A stretch of 64,000 bases of DNA from Candidatus Zixiibacteriota bacterium (GCA_037441845.1 JBBIRK010000003.1:1-64000); one strand, 5' to 3'; positions 41,934 through 54,132 are shown, counted from the first letter of the stretch. Numbers and translations are program-made. Notes: generated from the letters alone by a model not told the origin.

Positions 41934-41951
41934 CTGCCGATTATTAATTGA

Positions 41952-43106
<1,155 letters not shown>

Positions 43107-43108
43107 TT

Positions 43109-43981
43109 TTGGCAGACACCGGATTTCAGAAAGTGACTATATCCTGCTCGCCGTGCCTGGTCGATTTATTCTCGAATTTTTTTATTGAACGGGGTTCCAA
43201 CGGCGTAGTCCTCGATAATGAACCGCAGGGAAAAGAAACGACCATAACCGCCTATATCGACAGGAAAAGATTCCCCGATTTGTCGCCGGCGGAAATCGAT
43301 CGTTACTTCAAGGCGATCGCAAACAATTTCGATAACCCTTCATTCAAAATGATCGAATCCGATATCGTCGAAAACAAAGACTGGCTGGCGGGCTGGAAAG
43401 AATCTTTCCGGCCTATCCGGATTACCCGACGGATAGTCGTCAGCCCGAGCTGGACGATTCCCACGCCGAAAAATGACGAGCTGATAATTACAATCGATCC
43501 CGGTGCGGCTTTCGGCACCGGACATCATGAAACGACCGCTAATTGTATCAAAGCACTCGAAAAAATCGGTTGCCATAACAAAAAAGTGCTGGATTACGGA
43601 TGCGGCACCGGCATTCTCGCCATTGCTGCCTGCAAACTGGGCGCAAGCAGAGTTTCCGCTGTGGATAACGACCCCGAAGCGGTGGAATGCGCCAGAGGAA
43701 ATATGGCTCTGAATGGGGTCGATTTCGAACTTTATTTGTCCGCTGACTACGTTTCGCCCGATAAATGCGATTTGGTGGTCGCGAATATGACGACCGAACA
43801 GATTATTCGGTCATTTGAATCGCTTGACAGGTCGCTATCCACCCAAGGCCGCTTGATAATATCCGGGATTCTGAACGACGAAGAAAGTCGGATCCGCTCT
43901 TTTTTGGATGAGCGTCGATTTGCCATCGAAGAAAGAATCTCCGGCAACGAATGGCTTACTCTATCATTGCGCCGAGCTTGA
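43109..43981 (+). CDS. prmA: Ribosomal protein L11 methyltransferase
   Basis: IDPGAAFGTGHHETT, LDYGCGTGIL; follows dnaJ. Confidence 0.95.
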   Translation: MADTGFQKVTISCSPCLVDLFSNFFIERGSNGVVLDNEPQGKETTITAYIDRKRFPDLSPAEIDRYFKAIANNFDNPSFKMIESDIVENKDWLAGWKESFRPIRITRRIVVSPSWTIPTPKNDELIITIDPGAAFGTGHHETTANCIKALEKIGCHNKKVLDYGCGTGILAIAACKLGASRVSAVDNDPEAVECARGNMALNGVDFELYLSADYVSPDKCDLVVANMTTEQIIRSFESLDRSLSTQGRLIISGILNDEESRIRSFLDERRFAIEERISGNEWLTLSLRRA

Positions 43982-43989
43982 GGATAATC

Positions 43990-44736
43990 ATGGAGATTAA
44001 GGCGACCTCGGTTTTTGTCAGCCCAGCCGATGTCGGCGATAAGACTCTAATGCTCGATCCGGCGGAATCGCATCATCTTGTCAGGGTGATGCGGGCTCGA
44101 ACAGGCGATATTTTCAGTGCAATCGATGGTTGCGGAAAACGGATTACGGCAAGAATAAGTTCTATCGAGAACGGCCGAGTGACGGCTGAGATACTCGAAA
44201 CCCGCGAGCGTGTGAATGAATTCGATGTAGAACTTGCGTTGTATTGCGGCCTTTGCCGCCCAGCGAAAGCGGATCTGATCGTGGAGAAGGCAACCGAACT
44301 TGGCGTGAACTCGATAGGTTTTTGTTTCAGCGAAAACAGCTATCTGAAAGACAAACGGCTGTTTTCCGAGGACAGTCGGCTGAATCGCTGGCGCAATATC
44401 GCTAGGAGCGCCGCCAAACAATCGTTGCGTTCGGTGGTGCCCCGAATATCGCCGCCGGTCGATCTCGAGGCCATGCTTGTTTACGCAGAAAAGTACCGGA
44501 AAAAGATAATCGCCGACCAGCATATCGGGATGCCGCCGGAAAGTAATTTCTTGAAACCCACCCCTGATTCTATATTTCTGCTCGTCGGTCCGGAGGCCGG
44601 GTTCACTGAGACTGAAATTTCCCGAATCACCGGGTCCGGATTTCAAGCGCTGAGTCTCGGACGGCGTCGGCTGCGGGCGGAAACCGCGGCGATAAGCCTG
44701 TTGTCGGTAATAGGATTTATTTTGGAGTCGAAATGA
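43990..44736 (+). CDS. rsmE: 16S rRNA m3U1498 methyltransferase
   Basis: HHLVRVMR, KATELGV, AAKQS, VGPEAGF, LRAETAA. Confidence 0.95.
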   Translation: MEIKATSVFVSPADVGDKTLMLDPAESHHLVRVMRARTGDIFSAIDGCGKRITARISSIENGRVTAEILETRERVNEFDVELALYCGLCRPAKADLIVEKATELGVNSIGFCFSENSYLKDKRLFSEDSRLNRWRNIARSAAKQSLRSVVPRISPPVDLEAMLVYAEKYRKKIIADQHIGMPPESNFLKPTPDSIFLLVGPEAGFTETEISRITGSGFQALSLGRRRLRAETAAISLLSVIGFILESK

Positions 44737-45068
44737 AACAGTGTATTTTCTGTAAAATTATCGAACGATCGCTCCCGGCGGAGATCGTTTTCGAAGACGA
44801 CAATTTGATCGCCATCAGGGATATAAATCCGCAGGCGCCGGTGCATGTGTTGATAATCCCGAAAATTCATTATCCCACGATCGAGGACGCGCCGGCTGCC
44901 GTTCTCGGCGAAATGTGCGCCAGGGCCGCCCGCTTGGCCTCCGATCTGAAGATTTCCACCGACGGTTATCGGACTGTGGTCAACTGCCGCGATCACGCAG
45001 GGCAGACCGTAATGCATCTGCATCTTCATCTTCTCGGCGGCCGTTGGTTCCATTGGCCGCCCGGATGA
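44733..45068 (+). CDS. HIT family nucleotide-binding protein (HinT-like)
   Basis: CIFCKI, DINPQAPVH, AGQTVMHLHLHLLGG, WPPG. Confidence 0.95.
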   Translation: MKQCIFCKIIERSLPAEIVFEDDNLIAIRDINPQAPVHVLIIPKIHYPTIEDAPAAVLGEMCARAARLASDLKISTDGYRTVVNCRDHAGQTVMHLHLHLLGGRWFHWPPG

Positions 45069-45153
45069 ACCTCATTTTCCGATCAAACCCGGGATCAGAC
45101 CATCCGCCCGTGTGCTTGACAAAATCGATCCCCTCTGGTTAATTTTGATCTCT

Positions 45154-47034
45154 ATGAAAAGCAAACCGCGCAAGAACAAAATGCCGCGTATCGATATTGG
45201 TTCCATCGGGCCGAAAATCGAGATCGAACTGCGCACAAAATTGAATAACTTGCCTGACTCCACCGGAGTATATATTTTCAAGAATGCCGAAGGTAAAGTG
45301 ATATATGTCGGCAAGGCCAAGAATCTTAAAAACCGCGTGAAATCATATTTCAGCCAAGCGCACGAGCATCCGCGGACCGCCCGCTTGGTGCAATCGATCG
45401 CCGATCTCGAAATCTTATCAACCGACAACGAGCTCGAGGCTTTGATACTCGAATCGAACTTGATCAAGGAATATCAGCCCCGTTATAACGTGAATCTGAA
45501 AGACGACAAGCGTTTTCCCTACATCAAAATCACCAACGAGGTCTATCCACGGGTGCTGGTGGTGCGGCGCGTTACCGACGATAAAGCACGATATTACGGA
45601 CCGTACACGAACGTAAAGTCGATGCGGAACACGCTGAAGATGATCCGCAAAATATTCCCCGTTCGTTCTTGCAATCTTGTGATTCCCTCATCGAAAAAGT
45701 ACCGTGTCTGCCTCGATTTCCATATTGGACGATGCCCGGGCTGCTGTGAACCGGGATTGACCAGCCCGGAGGAGTACGCCGAAATAATCTCCGGTGTGGT
45801 TTTGTTTTTGTCGGGGAAAACCGAAGAGGTGGCGAAACTGCTGAAATCGAAAATGGCCGCTTTATCGGAAAGTCTCGAATACGAGAAGGCAGCCCAGGTA
45901 AGGGATCAACTGAAAGCGATCGATTCAATTATCCAGCGACAAAAAGTGGACCAGGCTGATTTCAGCAGCCGCGATATAATCGCCATGGACCGCAGCGGCG
46001 AGGATATCTGTATCGTAGTGCTGCAGATCAGGCAGGGAGTCATGATCGGTCGCCAGCATTTTTACTTAAGCGCCGCCGCGGAGACGCGGGTTGAAGAAAT
46101 CATCCAATCATTTCTTCTAAGATATTATGCCGCAAGTGCGTATTTCCCTGATCAAATTTATATTCCGGAATTTCCCGACGATTGCGAATTGATGCATGCC
46201 TGGTTCGCCAAAAAGGCGGAAAACCCGCCTCGGATACTAAAACCGCAAAAAGGGCCGAAGCATCGACTGATGGAACTTGCCGAAAAAAACGCCCGTCTGC
46301 TGCTCGGAGAGCTTATCGCCCAGAAAAGCGCCTCGCGTAAAAGACCTAATGCCGCGCTTTTAAGTCTGCAAAGAGACCTATATCTAAAAAATGTCCCCTA
46401 TGCTATCGCCGCTTGCGATATTTCTAATCTCGGCGGTTCCGATGCAGTCGGCTCGGTGGTTTTTTTCTCCGATGGCAAGCCGTTAAAAAAGCGATACCGC
46501 CGCTTCAAGATAAATACGGTCGAGGGACAGGATGACTTTTCGATGATGGGGGAAGTGGTCACGCGCTATTTCAACAAGCTCGCCGAAAACGAAGAAGATT
46601 ATCCCGATCTTTTTTTGATCGACGGCGGTAAGGGTCAGTTGAACGCAGCCATGAGTGCGCTTCGTGAATTGGGGCTTGATTCGCAGCCGTGCGCCGCAAT
46701 CGCGAAAAGATTCGAGGAGGTGTATCTGCCCGGAAAAGGAACCCCGATCGGAATTCCGAGAACCTCGTCGGCGCTGAAATTGCTGCAAATGATCAGAGAC
46801 GAAGCTCATAGGTTCGCCCTGAACTATCACCGAAATCTGCGGGGTCGCAAAATCAAATCGTCTGAGCTCGACGCCATTTCGGGCATAGGCGAAAAAAGGA
46901 AGATCGCGCTGCTCACGACTTTCGGTTCGCTTGAAAAAATAAAGGCGGCTCGTCTGCAAGACCTTCTGGCCTCCCGAGTCGTCCCGAGATCGATCGCCGC
47001 GAAAATTTATAACCACTTTCATGAAACGAGCTGA
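45154..47034 (+). CDS. uvrC: Excinuclease ABC subunit C
   Basis: GIY-YIG GVYIF..YVGKAKNLKNRV, DISN, IDGGKGQL, RDEAHRFA, HhH tail. Confidence 0.97.
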   Translation: MKSKPRKNKMPRIDIGSIGPKIEIELRTKLNNLPDSTGVYIFKNAEGKVIYVGKAKNLKNRVKSYFSQAHEHPRTARLVQSIADLEILSTDNELEALILESNLIKEYQPRYNVNLKDDKRFPYIKITNEVYPRVLVVRRVTDDKARYYGPYTNVKSMRNTLKMIRKIFPVRSCNLVIPSSKKYRVCLDFHIGRCPGCCEPGLTSPEEYAEIISGVVLFLSGKTEEVAKLLKSKMAALSESLEYEKAAQVRDQLKAIDSIIQRQKVDQADFSSRDIIAMDRSGEDICIVVLQIRQGVMIGRQHFYLSAAAETRVEEIIQSFLLRYYAASAYFPDQIYIPEFPDDCELMHAWFAKKAENPPRILKPQKGPKHRLMELAEKNARLLLGELIAQKSASRKRPNAALLSLQRDLYLKNVPYAIAACDISNLGGSDAVGSVVFFSDGKPLKKRYRRFKINTVEGQDDFSMMGEVVTRYFNKLAENEEDYPDLFLIDGGKGQLNAAMSALRELGLDSQPCAAIAKRFEEVYLPGKGTPIGIPRTSSALKLLQMIRDEAHRFALNYHRNLRGRKIKSSELDAISGIGEKRKIALLTTFGSLEKIKAARLQDLLASRVVPRSIAAKIYNHFHETS

Positions 47035-47037
47035 ACT

Positions 47038-47682
47038 ATGACTATGGGTTCCGCCGGCAATTTGATTTTCGATTGCCTTGAAGTCGGCCCGCTGGCCGTA
47101 AATTGCTATCTGCTCGGCCGAAACGGCGAAGGGGTTATCATCGACCCCGGAGATGAAGCGGAAAGGATTCTTGCCGCTGTAGCCGGATACGGACTTGAAA
47201 TAAAAGCAATCGTTCTCACTCACGGACACTCCGATCATATCGGTGCCGTCGCCGATATCAAAGACAAATTGAAAGCTCCGGTCTGTATCCATAGGGAGGA
47301 TGCCCGCATGCTCATCGATCCTATGGCCAATCTATCCGCGGTTTTTGGTGAGCCTATCGTCGCCCGCGAGGCGGATCGATTGCTGAATGACGGCGAATCG
47401 ATTTCTGCAGGCGGCCTTACTCTGGAGATTATTCATACTCCGGGCCATACCAGAGGCGGCATCAGTCTTTGGGAGAATAACTTGAAAATCGTTTTCACCG
47501 GCGATGCCTTATTCGCGGATTCTATCGGACGGACAGACTTTCCTCATTCGAATCACCAACAATTGATAAACGGAATAAAGAAGAACTTATTGACTCTGCC
47601 GCGGGAGACCATCGTTTATCCAGGACATGGCCCCTCGACTACGATCGGCCAGGAAAAGGATAATAATCCATGGCTGAATTGA
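47038..47682 (+). CDS. MBL-fold metallo-hydrolase (glyoxalase II/YcbL-like)
   Basis: THGHSDH, HTPGHT, GDALF..SIGRTD, PGHGP. Confidence 0.93.
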   Translation: MTMGSAGNLIFDCLEVGPLAVNCYLLGRNGEGVIIDPGDEAERILAAVAGYGLEIKAIVLTHGHSDHIGAVADIKDKLKAPVCIHREDARMLIDPMANLSAVFGEPIVAREADRLLNDGESISAGGLTLEIIHTPGHTRGGISLWENNLKIVFTGDALFADSIGRTDFPHSNHQQLINGIKKNLLTLPRETIVYPGHGPSTTIGQEKDNNPWLN

Positions 47683-48506
47683 TACCCTGCGACCTGCATG
47701 TTCATCCCGATTATTCCATCGATGCCCGCTCCACCATTAAGCAGTATTGCCGTAAGGCCCAGGAGATAAATCTTGCGGTGATCGGATTCACCACCCATTA
47801 CGATATAAATCCGGCCCGCGCCGATAAAGATGCGTTCATGGTTGTCGACGGCCGCTGGGTCGTTCCCGATGACAACGCGATCGCCAAGTATTTGGCGGAT
47901 ATCGAGGCCGCTCGGAACGAATTTAACGGTCTCAAAATACTATCGGGCCTGGAAATCGATTATTTTCCCGGGATCGAGGCCGAGGTTTACCGCCTTTCCC
48001 GAAAATTCGATTTCGATTATTTCATCGGATCGGTTCATTGTCTCGAGAATTTCGCGATATCCGAATCCAAAGACGCCAAGGTTTACTTCGAATCGCATAC
48101 GCCCGAGCAGATGGCCGATTCTTATTTCGATCTGCTATTTGCCTGTGTCGATTGCGGCCTGTTCGAGGTAATAGGCCACGCCGACTACTATGTTCGATTC
48201 GCCCCGCCCTATTTCGGCGAACGGACTTGTGAGCTATTCAGGGGCCGTTTGGAAATGATCGCGCGGACGGCGGCCCGCAACAGCACCGGATTTGAAATCA
48301 ATACTCAGCCGATGCGCCGGGGAAAGCATTTTCACCCGCGGCTCGATTTTCTGAAAGAATTGACCTCATTCGGAGCCACCATCAACTCCATCGGCTCCGA
48401 TGCGCATGACGCCGAAGATCTCGGCAAAAATATCCTCGATGCGCTCGTCGAACTGAAGAAAAACCAGTTACCGCTGAAGCCGTTTTATGTCGCCGAGGAA
48501 ACTTGA
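47670..48506 (+). CDS. PHP-domain phosphoesterase (histidinol-phosphatase HisJ/HisK-like)
   Basis: DLHVH, GLEIDY, IGSVH, GHAD, GSDAH. Confidence 0.85.
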   Translation: MAELIPCDLHVHPDYSIDARSTIKQYCRKAQEINLAVIGFTTHYDINPARADKDAFMVVDGRWVVPDDNAIAKYLADIEAARNEFNGLKILSGLEIDYFPGIEAEVYRLSRKFDFDYFIGSVHCLENFAISESKDAKVYFESHTPEQMADSYFDLLFACVDCGLFEVIGHADYYVRFAPPYFGERTCELFRGRLEMIARTAARNSTGFEINTQPMRRGKHFHPRLDFLKELTSFGATINSIGSDAHDAEDLGKNILDALVELKKNQLPLKPFYVAEET

Positions 48507-49110
48507 ACGCGAATTTTTCGCCCGTCCCACTTTGGTCGTGGCCGCCGAATTGTTGGGCAAAATCATCGTTTATAACAAGGGAAAAGAAAGACTCGGCGGT
48601 CGTTTGGTTGAGGCCGAGGCTTATATCGGCGAGGAAGACCCGGCCTGCCACGCTCACCGCGGCAAGACCCCGCGCAATTCCATAATGTACGGCCCTCCGG
48701 GATTTCTCTATGTCTATTTTACCTACGGCAATCATTACATGTTGAATCTGGTAACTGAAAAAGAAGGTTTCCCGGCGGCGGTTTTGCTCAGAGCAATGGA
48801 GCCGCTTTACGGAATCGAGATCATGCAGCAAAACCGGGGAGTAGCCGATCTGCCCGAGATTGCCAGTGGTCCGGGAAAATTGGCCAGGGCGCTTGGAATC
48901 ACCACTGATCAATACGGTCTGGATATCACCGGTGACCGGTTTTATCTTGTCGATGATGGTTATCGCTGCGAGGAGATTTGGACTTCGCCAAGGATCGGAT
49001 TGAAAAACGGCACCGACAGATACTGGCGCTTTTATCTTCGCTCAAATCCCCATGTTTCTAAAACTTCGGCGACTATCAACAAACTTGCTCGGCCTTATGG
49101 GTTCGAGTGA
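48487..49110 (+). CDS. mpg: 3-methyladenine DNA glycosylase (AAG/MPG family)
   Basis: VEAEAY, YVYFTYG, AVLLRA, GPGKL, SPRIG. Confidence 0.95.
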   Translation: MSPRKLEREFFARPTLVVAAELLGKIIVYNKGKERLGGRLVEAEAYIGEEDPACHAHRGKTPRNSIMYGPPGFLYVYFTYGNHYMLNLVTEKEGFPAAVLLRAMEPLYGIEIMQQNRGVADLPEIASGPGKLARALGITTDQYGLDITGDRFYLVDDGYRCEEIWTSPRIGLKNGTDRYWRFYLRSNPHVSKTSATINKLARPYGFE

Positions 49111-49189
49111 TCGAATCTCGATATAAACATTATGCCTTGCTTACTCTCGCGTCAAAAAGCTATAATGGCAGGTGGATGGAGACATTGAG

Positions 49190-49828
49190 ATGAAACTCGA
49201 ATATATTGCGCTCTCCGCGCCGGCTTTTTTGTTGGCGATTACCGTGCACGAGTTTTCCCACGCCTATATGGCTTATCGCTTCGGCGATCCGACCGCAAAA
49301 AACATGGGAAGATTGACACTTAATCCCCTGCCGCATCTGGATATTTTCGGTACCATCGCCCTTTTTCTCATCGGTTTCGGCTGGGCCAAACCGGTGATGG
49401 TCAATCCACATAATCTGAAGAATCCCCGCAAGGACAATCTCTGGATCGCCTTGGGCGGTCCTGCCTCGAACCTGCTTAGCGCTTTGATTCTCGGTTTGTT
49501 GTTCCGCGTTCTCGAACCGATATTGAGCCCGATCGATTTCGGCCAAATCCTTATGGTAATGCTGTTATTGGCTGTCAGGCTGAATATAATCCTTGCCGTA
49601 TTCAATCTGCTGCCGATTCCGCCGCTCGACGGTTACCATATCCTCGAGGGGGTGGTATCATCGGAGACTTATATTAAAATGCAAGCCTATGAGCAGTTCG
49701 GATCCATTATACTTCTCGGCTTGATAATGATTTCGAGCTTCGCCGATTTGAATATTTTCAGTGCGCTGTTCAGTCCTTTCCTGAGAATTTTGGGATCGCT
49801 GTTTGCGGGACGGAATCTGGCTTTTTAG
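49190..49828 (+). CDS. Site-2 protease family (M50) membrane metalloprotease
   Basis: HEFSH, GDPT...GRLTLNP, FNLLPIPPLDG. Confidence 0.95.
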   Translation: MKLEYIALSAPAFLLAITVHEFSHAYMAYRFGDPTAKNMGRLTLNPLPHLDIFGTIALFLIGFGWAKPVMVNPHNLKNPRKDNLWIALGGPASNLLSALILGLLFRVLEPILSPIDFGQILMVMLLLAVRLNIILAVFNLLPIPPLDGYHILEGVVSSETYIKMQAYEQFGSIILLGLIMISSFADLNIFSALFSPFLRILGSLFAGRNLAF

Positions 49829-50534
49829 ATTTTTCTGTCTGGCCGTCATCGTCGTTTTTGCCTGCGGCCCTAAACCCCATCGCGAAATACCGGTATTTAA
49901 TGGCGAAAGCCTCAGCAAAGCATTCAACGCCGAATACGGTTCGCTGAAATCGCTGGTCATCAAGCTCAAGGTCAGTTTTGGTTTGAATGTTAATCAGGAG
50001 TTTGACTTGACCGCGGTCTATATTTTCCCCGATAGTTTTGCTTTCCTCGCCGAGGGTTTGCTGGGGATCGATCTCGCCCGCGGCGCCATTTGCGGTGACT
50101 CCGGCTTCTGGGAGTTACCCCGCAAAAATGAAATTTACACTATCTCTCGATTCGACAGGATTTGGATCGGCGATTCCCTATCTGAGCTATCGGTTGACGG
50201 TTTAGCGAAAATGGTCTTTTTTTTCGCCGAGGTCACCCTTGAAGGCGACTGGAAAGTTTTGGGGAAAGAGCTGATATTTACTGTGGTCGATGGCGTCCCC
50301 CAACGCATATTTTGTTTTGAAAGCCAATCCGGGCGACTGTTGTATCAGTATTTATCAGGGGCCGACTCGCTTATCGCAAGCTATCGATCATGGCGCTCGT
50401 TTGCAGGTCTCCGTATGCCGCGCACGATTCGATTATTCGACTTTTCCGGCGACGAATTGGCCGAATTGAAAATCAAGAAAATCAGTTCCGATCGTCGAAT
50501 TCCGCGTTCCATGTTTTTACCTGTGAATCAATAG
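49803..50534 (+). CDS. Putative lipoprotein (DUF4292/LolB-like, uncertain)
   Basis: Hydrophobic stretch ending in VFAC lipobox; beta-rich body ending MPRTIRL. Confidence 0.5.
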   Translation: MRDGIWLFRFFCLAVIVVFACGPKPHREIPVFNGESLSKAFNAEYGSLKSLVIKLKVSFGLNVNQEFDLTAVYIFPDSFAFLAEGLLGIDLARGAICGDSGFWELPRKNEIYTISRFDRIWIGDSLSELSVDGLAKMVFFFAEVTLEGDWKVLGKELIFTVVDGVPQRIFCFESQSGRLLYQYLSGADSLIASYRSWRSFAGLRMPRTIRLFDFSGDELAELKIKKISSDRRIPRSMFLPVNQ

Positions 50535-50576
50535 GTTAAAGCTTGCGATTGCGCAAAGATTGCACACAAAAAAGGC

Positions 50577-50604
50577 TTGACAAAATAGACATATTGGTTA
50601 CTAT
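50577..50604 (+). promoter_or_regulatory. sigma70-type promoter
   Basis: TTGACA-N16-TACTAT. Confidence 0.55.
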
Positions 50605-50753
50605 GGAATTGACAAAGTAGCGATCGAAAAATTGCAACTGTACAAATTTAATACTTCATTGGCGATTTTGTGGAAACAAAAGGAGGTGCATTTTATCAGG
50701 AATTTGCATTTTCCGGTCAATCCATTAACTGGCAACCAATTAAAGGAGCAACA

Positions 50754-53700
50754 ATGAACCTGAAAAACTACCGGTTTGTAATCGCGATAATGATTGCGGT
50801 AGTCGTGTCATTTAATCTTGCCTTCGCCGGTAATCCAGGGGGGCAGGATGAAAAGCTGATTACAAACGCCGTTGAAAAAACCTATCCGCCTATCACACTT
50901 AGGCATGGCGGACCCGATGGCGGCGGTTATTACTACATCGATAGCAATGACGACGCCAACAACGCCCCGGTGTATAACTGGATTGATATCACCGGGCCAG
51001 GCACACCGATAACCATGAGCGATGACAGCAACATGGGGCCGTTCAACCTGGGATTCAATTTCACTTTCTACGGCCAAACTTTTAACACTATTATGATTTG
51101 CTCCAACGGCTGGGCATCGTTCACCAGCACTGCGATTTCGTATATCAACGCCGCTATTCCTGGAACCGGTGAACCGGATAATTTGCTGGCAGCTTTCTGG
51201 GATGACTTGAATCCTGGGGATGGCGGCATGGTGTATTACTATGCGGATGCGGCCAACCAAAGATTCATAATTACCTGGGATGGCGTCCCCGGATTTGGTC
51301 GGCCGGGTAGCGCTTATACGTTCCAGATAATTATCCAGGAAAACGGCTATATCTACTACCAGTACAACACCATGACCGGTATAGTCAACTCCGCCACCGT
51401 CGGTATCGAAAACGGAACCGGTACCATAGGGACCCAATATATCTACAACCAGGACGGACTGACGAATGGCTTGGCTGTTTATTTCGGACTTGACGCTCCG
51501 ATTTTCGGCACCCACAATGTCGGGCCGACCAGATTCCTGTCGCCCGGTTTGTATGGCGAAATCGGAGACCCGATTTCCCCGCAGGTCGAGTTCAGAAACA
51601 TCGGACAGGTCACGGAAACCTTCCCGGTTCGGCTGATTATCCGTGAAGGTTCCAACGAGCTTTACAACCAGACTTCCTCGGTGGCCAATCTCCCCTCGAA
51701 CGGAACGGCCACGGTTACGTTCCCGAACTTCACCCCATCGTCGGCGGCCATCTATGATCTGATCGCCATTTCCGAATTGAGCAACGACGAAAATCGCACC
51801 AACGACACCTTACGGACCAATTACCGCGTCTTTTCGCAGATGGCGTACTACGATTTCGAAGCCAACGGCGTATTCACTCCCGACGGCGTTTGGGAATGGG
51901 GCGTTCCGAGTTCCGGACCGGGAAGCGCCCACTCCGGCGCCAATCTCTGGGCCACGGTCTTGGCCGGCGACTATCCTAACGGCAATACGTCAAGTTTGAT
52001 TACCACGCCGTTCGGCCTCGGCCAGGGTGCGATTTTGAGTTTCTGGCACTGGTATGACACCGAAGCCAGATTTGACGGCTGCAACGTGAAGATATCCACG
52101 GATGGCGGTGCTACATGGGAACTGCTGCATCCGATGGGCGGCTACGACGACGAGCCGTATTCCGATAATCCGTTGTATCCCGATTCAATCTTCACCGGCC
52201 ACGACGTCGGTGAATTATGGCAGGAAGAGTCTTTCGATCTTTCCGCTTATGGCGGTATGTCGGCGATATTCAGATTCGACTTCGGCAGCGACGGTTCCGT
52301 CGTGTATCCGGGCTGGTATATCGATGACTTGAGTGTTTTGGGTGGCGGCGGAGTCGAACCCGGCTACCTGATGGGGGCGGTTCGCGTCAGCGGCACCGGC
52401 ACGCCGATTCAAGGAGCTGTGGTCAACGTCAGCGCCGTCTATGATACTACTGGAGCCGACGGCCGCTATTCGCTGCTGCTTTACCCAGGAACTTATACGG
52501 TAAACGTCACCGCCCAATATCATAATTCAGCCAGCGCTCAGGTAACCATTACCGAAAACGACACTACCGTTCAGGATTTCAGCCTGACCACTCCTCAGTT
52601 GTCATTTGACGCTTCACCGATCAATGTCGCTATGGCAAGGGGAACGACCCGCGACATCGTCAGAACCATGCAGAACACCGGTGACGGTCCTCTCGATTAT
52701 CGCGTCGATATCTCCTATGGCAGGCTTAGAGTGAACCCTGTGCCTCCACCGTCGTTTGCTGAAACCCCGGTAATCGGTCAATCCAATCCCGATAAGGCGA
52801 ATTATCCCGGCGATCTGGCAACCTTGCTGAGAAACAGCAGACCGCTTGAACCGCCTGCGATACTCGATTTCGGCGATGAATTGGCTTGGTTCGATTTCCA
52901 GAACGAAGCCAGCGACAACCAGCTGTTGGGCGTTGTTTTCGCAATGGATCACTTCTGGGTTTCGGGCGGCGCGCAGAATACCGATCCGAATCATCTTTAC
53001 AAATTCAACCGGCAGGGGATACTTGTAGAAACCTATAACCAGAACACCACCAGCTGGGGCTGGCTTGACCTTGCCTGGGACGGTGAATATATCTACGGCA
53101 CCGACTTCAACACCGACATCATAAGTCAAATCGACCCGACAACCGGGCAAATCGTCGGCACCGTGCCTAATCCCACCGCAGGCGGTTTGGGGTTGGCCTA
53201 CGACCCGGCCACCGATCATTTCTGGGGTTGCAACTGGTTCGGTTCCCCGATAATCGAATTCACCCGCCAGGGAACGGTCGTCAACACCTACCCGCAAGCG
53301 CCTTATACGGCCGTGTTCGGCCTTGCCTGGGATAACTGGTCGCCTGGTGGACCGTACCTCTGGGCCTTCTGCCAGGATCCCGCGGCTGTCGTGGCTCAAT
53401 TCAATCCTGCGACCGGCTCCTGGACTGGAGTTACGTTCAATACCGTGAACCGAAGCACCGATCCGAATAACCCGGATCTCGCTGCGGGTTGCGAAGCCAC
53501 CGTCGAGTACGACCCGTCCAAGGTCACTCTGTTGACTCTTATTCAGGGAAATACCGCCGACGGCGTTGGTATCTATGAATTGGCACCTTATACGACATGG
53601 CTTGAGATCACGCCGGGTTCAGGCACGATACCGGCGGGCGGTTCGCAACCGCTGACGTTCCATATCGACCTCACCGGACCTAATCTCGATACGGTAAGCG

Positions 53701-54071
53701 CATTGAACGCCTCAGCCACTATCGATAACACCACGGCGGTCGATCCGGTCGTGACGATCCACGTCGATGTCACCACCGGTATCGATGGACCGGAGGCGGC
53801 GATGCCGGCGGCTTACAGCCTTTCCCAGAACTATCCGAACCCGTTCAACGCCAGAACGGAAATCAAGTTCTCACTGCCGGTCGGCGGCAAAGTCGATTTG
53901 AGCGTGTATAATTTGATGGGGCAGAAAGTGGCCACTCTGGTTTCCGGCGATATGCCGGCCGGCAACCACGCGGTCAATTTCGATGCCTCGGCTTTGGCTT
54001 CGGGCATTTACTACTACAAACTGAATGCAGGTAATTTCAGCCAGGTCGAAAGAATGACCCTGGTCAAGTAG
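50754..54071 (+). CDS. Large secreted multidomain protein with T9SS type-A/FlgD-like C-terminal domain
   Basis: Signal peptide after SD AAAGGAG; GGPD..GY..IDS / FYG / WDDL module, CARDB-like, DG.NV.ISTDGG..W, carboxypeptidase-regulatory-like, GLAYD/LAWD propeller-like repeats; LSQNYPNPFN..SGIYYY..MTLVK. Confidence 0.88.
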   Translation: MNLKNYRFVIAIMIAVVVSFNLAFAGNPGGQDEKLITNAVEKTYPPITLRHGGPDGGGYYYIDSNDDANNAPVYNWIDITGPGTPITMSDDSNMGPFNLGFNFTFYGQTFNTIMICSNGWASFTSTAISYINAAIPGTGEPDNLLAAFWDDLNPGDGGMVYYYADAANQRFIITWDGVPGFGRPGSAYTFQIIIQENGYIYYQYNTMTGIVNSATVGIENGTGTIGTQYIYNQDGLTNGLAVYFGLDAPIFGTHNVGPTRFLSPGLYGEIGDPISPQVEFRNIGQVTETFPVRLIIREGSNELYNQTSSVANLPSNGTATVTFPNFTPSSAAIYDLIAISELSNDENRTNDTLRTNYRVFSQMAYYDFEANGVFTPDGVWEWGVPSSGPGSAHSGANLWATVLAGDYPNGNTSSLITTPFGLGQGAILSFWHWYDTEARFDGCNVKISTDGGATWELLHPMGGYDDEPYSDNPLYPDSIFTGHDVGELWQEESFDLSAYGGMSAIFRFDFGSDGSVVYPGWYIDDLSVLGGGGVEPGYLMGAVRVSGTGTPIQGAVVNVSAVYDTTGADGRYSLLLYPGTYTVNVTAQYHNSASAQVTITENDTTVQDFSLTTPQLSFDASPINVAMARGTTRDIVRTMQNTGDGPLDYRVDISYGRLRVNPVPPPSFAETPVIGQSNPDKANYPGDLATLLRNSRPLEPPAILDFGDELAWFDFQNEASDNQLLGVVFAMDHFWVSGGAQNTDPNHLYKFNRQGILVETYNQNTTSWGWLDLAWDGEYIYGTDFNTDIISQIDPTTGQIVGTVPNPTAGGLGLAYDPATDHFWGCNWFGSPIIEFTRQGTVVNTYPQAPYTAVFGLAWDNWSPGGPYLWAFCQDPAAVVAQFNPATGSWTGVTFNTVNRSTDPNNPDLAAGCEATVEYDPSKVTLLTLIQGNTADGVGIYELAPYTTWLEITPGSGTIPAGGSQPLTFHIDLTGPNLDTVSALNASATIDNTTAVDPVVTIHVDVTTGIDGPEAAMPAAYSLSQNYPNPFNARTEIKFSLPVGGKVDLSVYNLMGQKVATLVSGDMPAGNHAVNFDASALASGIYYYKLNAGNFSQVERMTLVK

Positions 54072-54094
54072 TATTGACTGATTGCCGATAATTG

Positions 54095-54124
54095 AGGGCG
54101 CTCGCCGAAACGGGCGCCCTTTTT
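54095..54124 (+). terminator. Rho-independent terminator
   Basis: AGGGCGCTCG-ccgaaa-CGGGCGCCCT followed by TTTT. Confidence 0.85.
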
Positions 54125-54132
54125 AATTTGCT

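Noticed and set aside
50678..50690. Perfect SD AAAGGAGGTG in the leader of the large surface protein
   Set aside because: No correctly spaced start codon follows; the real start has its own SD at ATG 50754; could be a standby site but this is unsupported
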